Below are positions 61,423 through 64,000 of a stretch of 64,000 nt of DNA, piece by piece. The notes beneath the pieces were generated by a model. That model did not search any database. It was not told the origin of the DNA and was given only the letters and a program-made list of their open reading frames with translations. The DNA lies in NCBI RefSeq assembly GCF_000315625.1, contig NW_005434650.1, forward strand, positions 571,069 to 635,068, given 5' to 3'. This DNA is from Guillardia theta CCMP2712. Lineage: Eukaryota > Protista > Cryptophyta. The number at the start of each line of letters is the position of its first letter. Within the stretch, counting starts at the first letter, position 1. The translations under genes were made by a program, and so were the position numbers.

Positions 61423-63203
61423 CTACCGATGGACTCGCAGCATCTTCTCTTGTAGCGCCTTGCGCTCATGATAGGGCACTGGAACGTACGGACGTTTCCC
61501 GCATCCCCCGCTTGGACGGCGATTGTCAACGATGCCTGGCAAGCGCCGCCGGTCGTTCTGCATGACATGCTCGTCATTTCCTAACGTATCACATTCACTT
61601 GCATCTACTGACCTCCTTCTCATTCTCCTCCTTCGTTACAACGTCTTCGTTGGCCTGCATCACAAACGACTTCCGTACTTGCAAGTCCCGACCCTACTCC
61701 ACGCAGTCAGTATCCTCCATGTCATCATACGAGTATCCGCGCCTGCGCAGTCGGAGGAACGCTGAAGTCTTCACTGCGTCTTCCCTGAGATGTTCCTGGC
61801 TTGTTTGCGGGATACTTGGAACCTGGCAGTTTGCTCTGGAGCTGTGGCAAGGGGTCAGCTGGAGTGTCAAGGAGCCGCACAACCCACTTGGCTGAGCTGC
61901 CGAGGGACGCGGATTGTGTCGACGAGGTTTTTGCTTGTATGGCCTTCAGTGTCTGGACCGCATTTGATCGCAGCGTCCGCCATCCTTCTCTGGACTATGG
62001 GATGATTCCTGGGGGATTGTCAGCCGTTGGACATGCACCAGGCGCAAACTCATCACAGGATGTCGTCGACTGTTGGTCTCTTTGCTGGGTCTACTTGAAG
62101 GAGCAGGTTGACCATGATCGAGAGATCTTGACTGTATGTAGCAGGTATTGACGGATACACTCCCCGAATCACCTACATTTGACAACCATGGTCCATCAAC
62201 GGTCGATGAACATGATTAGTATCACCTTCTCAGCCAGGCTGCGTTCATCCCGCGCTTCGAATGGATGCTTGAGGGCTGCTAGCTCGTACCTTCATCCGCT
62301 TGTCAAATACAAAGCCAGCAGGTCGAGGCTCTTACAAGAGGCATCCCACAGACCAGATGTCGGATTTCTTGTTGTAAGGCCTTCTCCTCCAGATCTCGGG
62401 TGACATGTAGTATCTTGATAAGAGTGTCAGATGCACGTCGACCATCATGGAAGTTGAGCATGGAGCTACGTACGGAGTTCCGATCTGAGTGTACGCCATC
62501 CCACCCTTCGTGACCTAGCAAGAACATTCATTCCTGCGATCCGGTTCTCCCTTGCAGCTGCTCTATCACCTTTGCTACTCCCAAGTCTCCAATCTTCACT
62601 TCTCTAGCAGCTACAAGAAAGATGTTTTGCGCTTTGATATCTCGATGTAAGATGTTTGCAGAGTGTAATGACCTTAACCCTTGGCAAGTCTGCAAGCAAC
62701 AGCAAGTGACTACATCAATGTCATACGGGCGAATCTGCTCCTACCTGTATAAAGAATCCCCATATCATGTCTTCATTCATCGGTTCATTTCTCGCTGCGT
62801 GCCGTTTGACCTGCCACTCTCAATCAGCCATGCTGTCAGCATGTTATGGACTCTACCTTAGCCCCGATGTCCCCACCCCTTGCAAGCTCAGTAACAATGA
62901 AGAGTCTATCATTCTCGATGAAAGCATCATAATATCTTACAACATCAGTCATTCGCATGAGCGATCTGATGTCACATCGATGCGATCTCACCTGATGACC
63001 ATGTTGTGATTGACTGACGCAAGAATCCTGACCTCGTTCACTGCATCCTCCCTCTCTCGCTGCGACATTGACTTGATGTTGACCTCCTTGATCGCGTACT
63101 CCTGGTTGTCGGAGCATCTGATACAGCGATAGACTCTTCCAAATGATCCCTTGCCGATGAGCCTGAGGTCTCGGAAAGACTTGAGACTGCTACCCTCGCT
63201 CAT
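61423..63203 (-). CDS. NEK: NIMA-related Ser/Thr kinase (NEK family), multi-exon
   Basis: [81 protein letters not shown]. Confidence 0.92.
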
Positions 63204-64000
63204 CCTCTGCCCTAGTCTGATCAGGAGATAAGAGTTGTTCAGGACGGGGTCACTGTCATGAGCAGACTGTAGAATGAATATCAGAACCAGAGAAAAACAA
63301 GAGAAATCTTTTCAAGTTTTTTGTTGTATACAAAGAGAGTTAGTTTTGCATGAAGATGATTTCGATCCCAGCGATGCCGCGCATCGCTGGGAATTGTTTT
63401 TCAGTCTGCGATGAGTGCTTTTCTATGCCGAATGAATTCATTAGGCTGCATGCGTAACGAATTCCGTCAACAAAGGTGATATTCACTTTCGAATGACTGA
63501 CGCTCACTGCTATTTTCTACACCGTCTTCCGACAGGTCATCGAACAGTCTTCTGACACTTCCAACATGCCGCACACCCAAACACTTCATCATGCTTGGCA
63601 AGATCGAATCCAATCTCTACCAAAACTTGCAATTGAGTTCGTAACTACATGTAGAATCAGATCATGGGGCATTTTTTCTCTGTAAATCTCGTTCTTCCTC
63701 TCCCTCCCCCTGCATCCCGTTCCCTTCGTCTTTCATTTCGTATTTGCTAGATAACGGCTTTTCCCTCATAATCTCATCCCCCACCCCCTCTTTCCCCTTT
63801 GATTTCCCTACACCCCTCATACACTTCGTGTTTGCCTCAAGGCTCTACCGTACCGGTGCAGTCACTGTACCCTCCCTTTTCCCTCGATGTACCCCCCACC
63901 CCCACCGCTAATGCCCGGGCCCAGCATCGGAAGCCGGTAGCGCGGCTCACAGCCGACTCTCGACTGAGAAACTCAGAACCTGTAAGAGCGGGGATGTGGT

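Noticed and set aside
1-64000. CRISPR arrays, tRNA/rRNA genes, prokaryotic operons
   Set aside because: None seen; the sequence is intron-rich eukaryotic DNA

Overview
Eukaryotic nuclear DNA, GC-rich, with many short spliceosomal introns (about 45-130 nt) and polypurine/polypyrimidine microsatellites. The bipartite 'AxA-F' plastid presequence and gene style point to an alga with a red secondary plastid, most likely a cryptophyte (Guillardia/Hanusia-like; inference). Contents in order: (1) 5' part of plastid-targeted enoyl-ACP reductase (fabI, -). (2) A giant secreted protein of about 8,770 aa (+, 2540-29371). The 5279-aa and 3703-aa ORFs are one gene joined by a 114-nt intron. It has IPT/TIG repeats, bacterial-style cadherin-like repeats, a nested lactonase-propeller/LamG/EAR module and a Rax2-like propeller. 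(3) A tandem USP protein and two hypothetical genes. (4) An inverted, near-identical pair of intronless sulfotransferase-like genes flanking a hypothetical gene, a DUF2993-like plastid protein and an FSH1 hydrolase-RWD-Obg(Ygr210-type) GTPase-TGS fusion. (5) A Kelch-LamG-Kelch-filamin type I membrane protein. (6) A signal peptide + LRGG + ankyrin protein. (7) RPLP1 and a NEK kinase. Intergenic DNA reuses CCGG-rich islands, ACCCC/GGGGT strand-skewed tracts and a ~40-nt motif. There are two 100-N gaps. All gene models and domain calls were made by eye, with no database searches.
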